From an uncultured Actinomycetota bacterium (GTDB lineage: Bacteria; Actinomycetota; Actinomycetes; JAHEKZ01), in assembly GCA_963829525.1 (NCBI GenBank), contig CAWHIJ010000003.1, positions 320,001 through 384,000 of the forward strand: a DNA stretch of 64,000 nt, in the 5' to 3' direction. The notes below the pieces were generated by a model, which was not told where the DNA came from, did not search any database, and worked only from the letters and a program-made list of their open reading frames with translations. Of the stretch, positions 62,624 to 64,000 are shown one piece after another. Numbering within the stretch: the stretch's first letter is position 1; each line of letters begins with the position of its first letter. The position numbers and the translations under genes were made by a program.

Positions 62624-63700
62624 ATGAAGATTGCGGTGTTGGGGGCCGGCGGCGGGGGGCTAGCGGTCGCCTACGAGTGGGCGAATCAGGGGCACGAGGT
62701 CGCGCTGTACGCGCAACACGCCCACGAGCACCACCTGAAGCCGGTCCGCGAGCGCGGCGGGATCCAAGCCGAAGGCATGCTTGAGGGGTTCGTTGCACTG
62801 GCGAAGGTCACCACCGACATCGCCGAAGCGCTGGACGGTGTGGACGTGGTCTTCGTCGTCGGGCCCGCCTATGCCACGGAGCCGTTCGGCCGTGACACTC
62901 GGGGGCACCTGCGCCCCGGGATGACCGTAGTGGTCTGCCCCAGCTCGTGCGTTGGCAGTCTGGCCTTCAAGCACGCCGCGGGGTTGGACCTCCATGACGA
63001 GAGCGTCGTTGTGGGCGAGACCAGCACGCTGCCGTATGCCGCACGCGCATCGATGCACGCCAGTGTGCAGATTTTCCACCGGTTTGACACCGGCTTCTCG
63101 GCTGCGGCCGCCCCGCGCAGCAACACACCTCGCCTGCTCGAGGTCCTGCGGCAGGTGTACCACAACACCGAAGAGGCCGCCGGGATCTTCCAGACCACGC
63201 TGCAGAACGGTAACCCGGTCATCCATCCGGCCGTCACCTTGCTCAACGCCGCCCTCATCGAACGCACGGGTGGTGACTTCATGTTCTATGAGGAAGGGGT
63301 TACTGAGGCTGTCGGTCGCCTGATGAAGGCGGTCGACAGCGAGCGGCTATCCGTCGCCAGCGCCCTGGGCGTGCAAATACTCACCGAGCCAGATCTAGGG
63401 GTTCGACAGGGTTACATGAGCGAGTCCAACTACTCCACCGGCTACTCCACCGCACCAGGTTTTCGTGGCATCAAGGCGCAGGACGAGCTCCACCACCGCT
63501 ACCTGACCGAGGACGTGGGCTATTCAATGATGTTCCTCACCGACCTGGCTCGGCAGCTGTCGGTGCCAACCCCCACCATGGATGCTGTCATCCGCATCGC
63601 CTCAATCGTCGCGGGCGAAGACTTCGCCACCAAGCGCGCCCGCACGATGGACAAGATGGGCCTGTCCGGTCTGACGCGAGACGAGCTCGCGGCGTACTGA
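62624..63700 (+). CDS. NAD/NADP octopine/nopaline (opine) dehydrogenase family protein
   Basis: GAGGGG, ETSTLPY, NGNPVIHP, HRYLTEDV. Confidence 0.9.
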   Translation: MKIAVLGAGGGGLAVAYEWANQGHEVALYAQHAHEHHLKPVRERGGIQAEGMLEGFVALAKVTTDIAEALDGVDVVFVVGPAYATEPFGRDTRGHLRPGMTVVVCPSSCVGSLAFKHAAGLDLHDESVVVGETSTLPYAARASMHASVQIFHRFDTGFSAAAAPRSNTPRLLEVLRQVYHNTEEAAGIFQTTLQNGNPVIHPAVTLLNAALIERTGGDFMFYEEGVTEAVGRLMKAVDSERLSVASALGVQILTEPDLGVRQGYMSESNYSTGYSTAPGFRGIKAQDELHHRYLTEDVGYSMMFLTDLARQLSVPTPTMDAVIRIASIVAGEDFATKRARTMDKMGLSGLTRDELAAY

Positions 63701-63917
63701 CCGGAAGTTCGGTCCACTTGACACACCAGAGCTCAGACCACGAATCAGAAGAGAAGGGAGCCTCCAGACTCGACTACTCCGGACCGGCGGTGGTGCGACC
63801 GGGTCCAAAGACTCTTAAGTGGTAGTCACGAGTCGCCGTAGCGTTGTGGGGTCACCTCACGTGGCGCCGCCCTACTGGGGTGCCATGTCTCCCTGAACAT
63901 CACAAGGGGTCGACCCG

Positions 63918-64000
63918 ATGCACTCATCTGGCAAGGCTGGGAAGCGGATAGCCACACTCGGTGCGGTACTTGGTATGTCGACCGCACTGGTGATCGTGAG
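63918..64000 (+). CDS. N-terminus of a probable secreted protein (truncated by the window end)
   Basis: MHSSGKAGKRIATLGAVLGMSTALVIV signal-like sequence after an AAGGGG RBS. Confidence 0.5.
   Translation, partial: MHSSGKAGKRIATLGAVLGMSTALVIV

Noticed and set aside
63701-63917. Riboswitch or ncRNA downstream of the opine dehydrogenase
   Set aside because: No recognisable aptamer motif by eye; an Rfam scan would be needed.

Overview
High-GC actinobacterial chromosomal segment around serS and the tRNA-Ser(TGA), tRNA-Ser(GCT) and tRNA-Arg(ACG) loci. It carries housekeeping genes (serS, ung, bpa, corA, trpB2), an NAD-dependent formate dehydrogenase operon with fdhD, a peptide-type ABC importer with a PucR regulator, vapBC, an oleA-oleBC-oleD olefin operon, a Cfa/TmsB plus FAD-oxidoreductase pair, an orphan MCP with a sigma-28-like promoter, and a dTDP-amino-sugar/sulfotransferase/GT2/flippase/GT-C cluster. 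The most notable observations are: (1) an integrase-free tandem array of small cassettes downstream of tRNA-Arg(ACG), separated by 3-4 copies of the tRNA 3' half, one cassette with matched arm-like repeats inside both ends; (2) a Kal/Acl ammonia-lyase + NDP-forming CoA ligase + AcuI cluster suggesting a beta-amino-acid catabolic route; (3) a possible N-sulfated amino-sugar transmembrane glycosylation system; (4) several intergenic repeat families. Six apparent +1 frameshifts in five genes look like sequencing errors. All calls come from reading the sequence and recalling motifs; no database searches were run.
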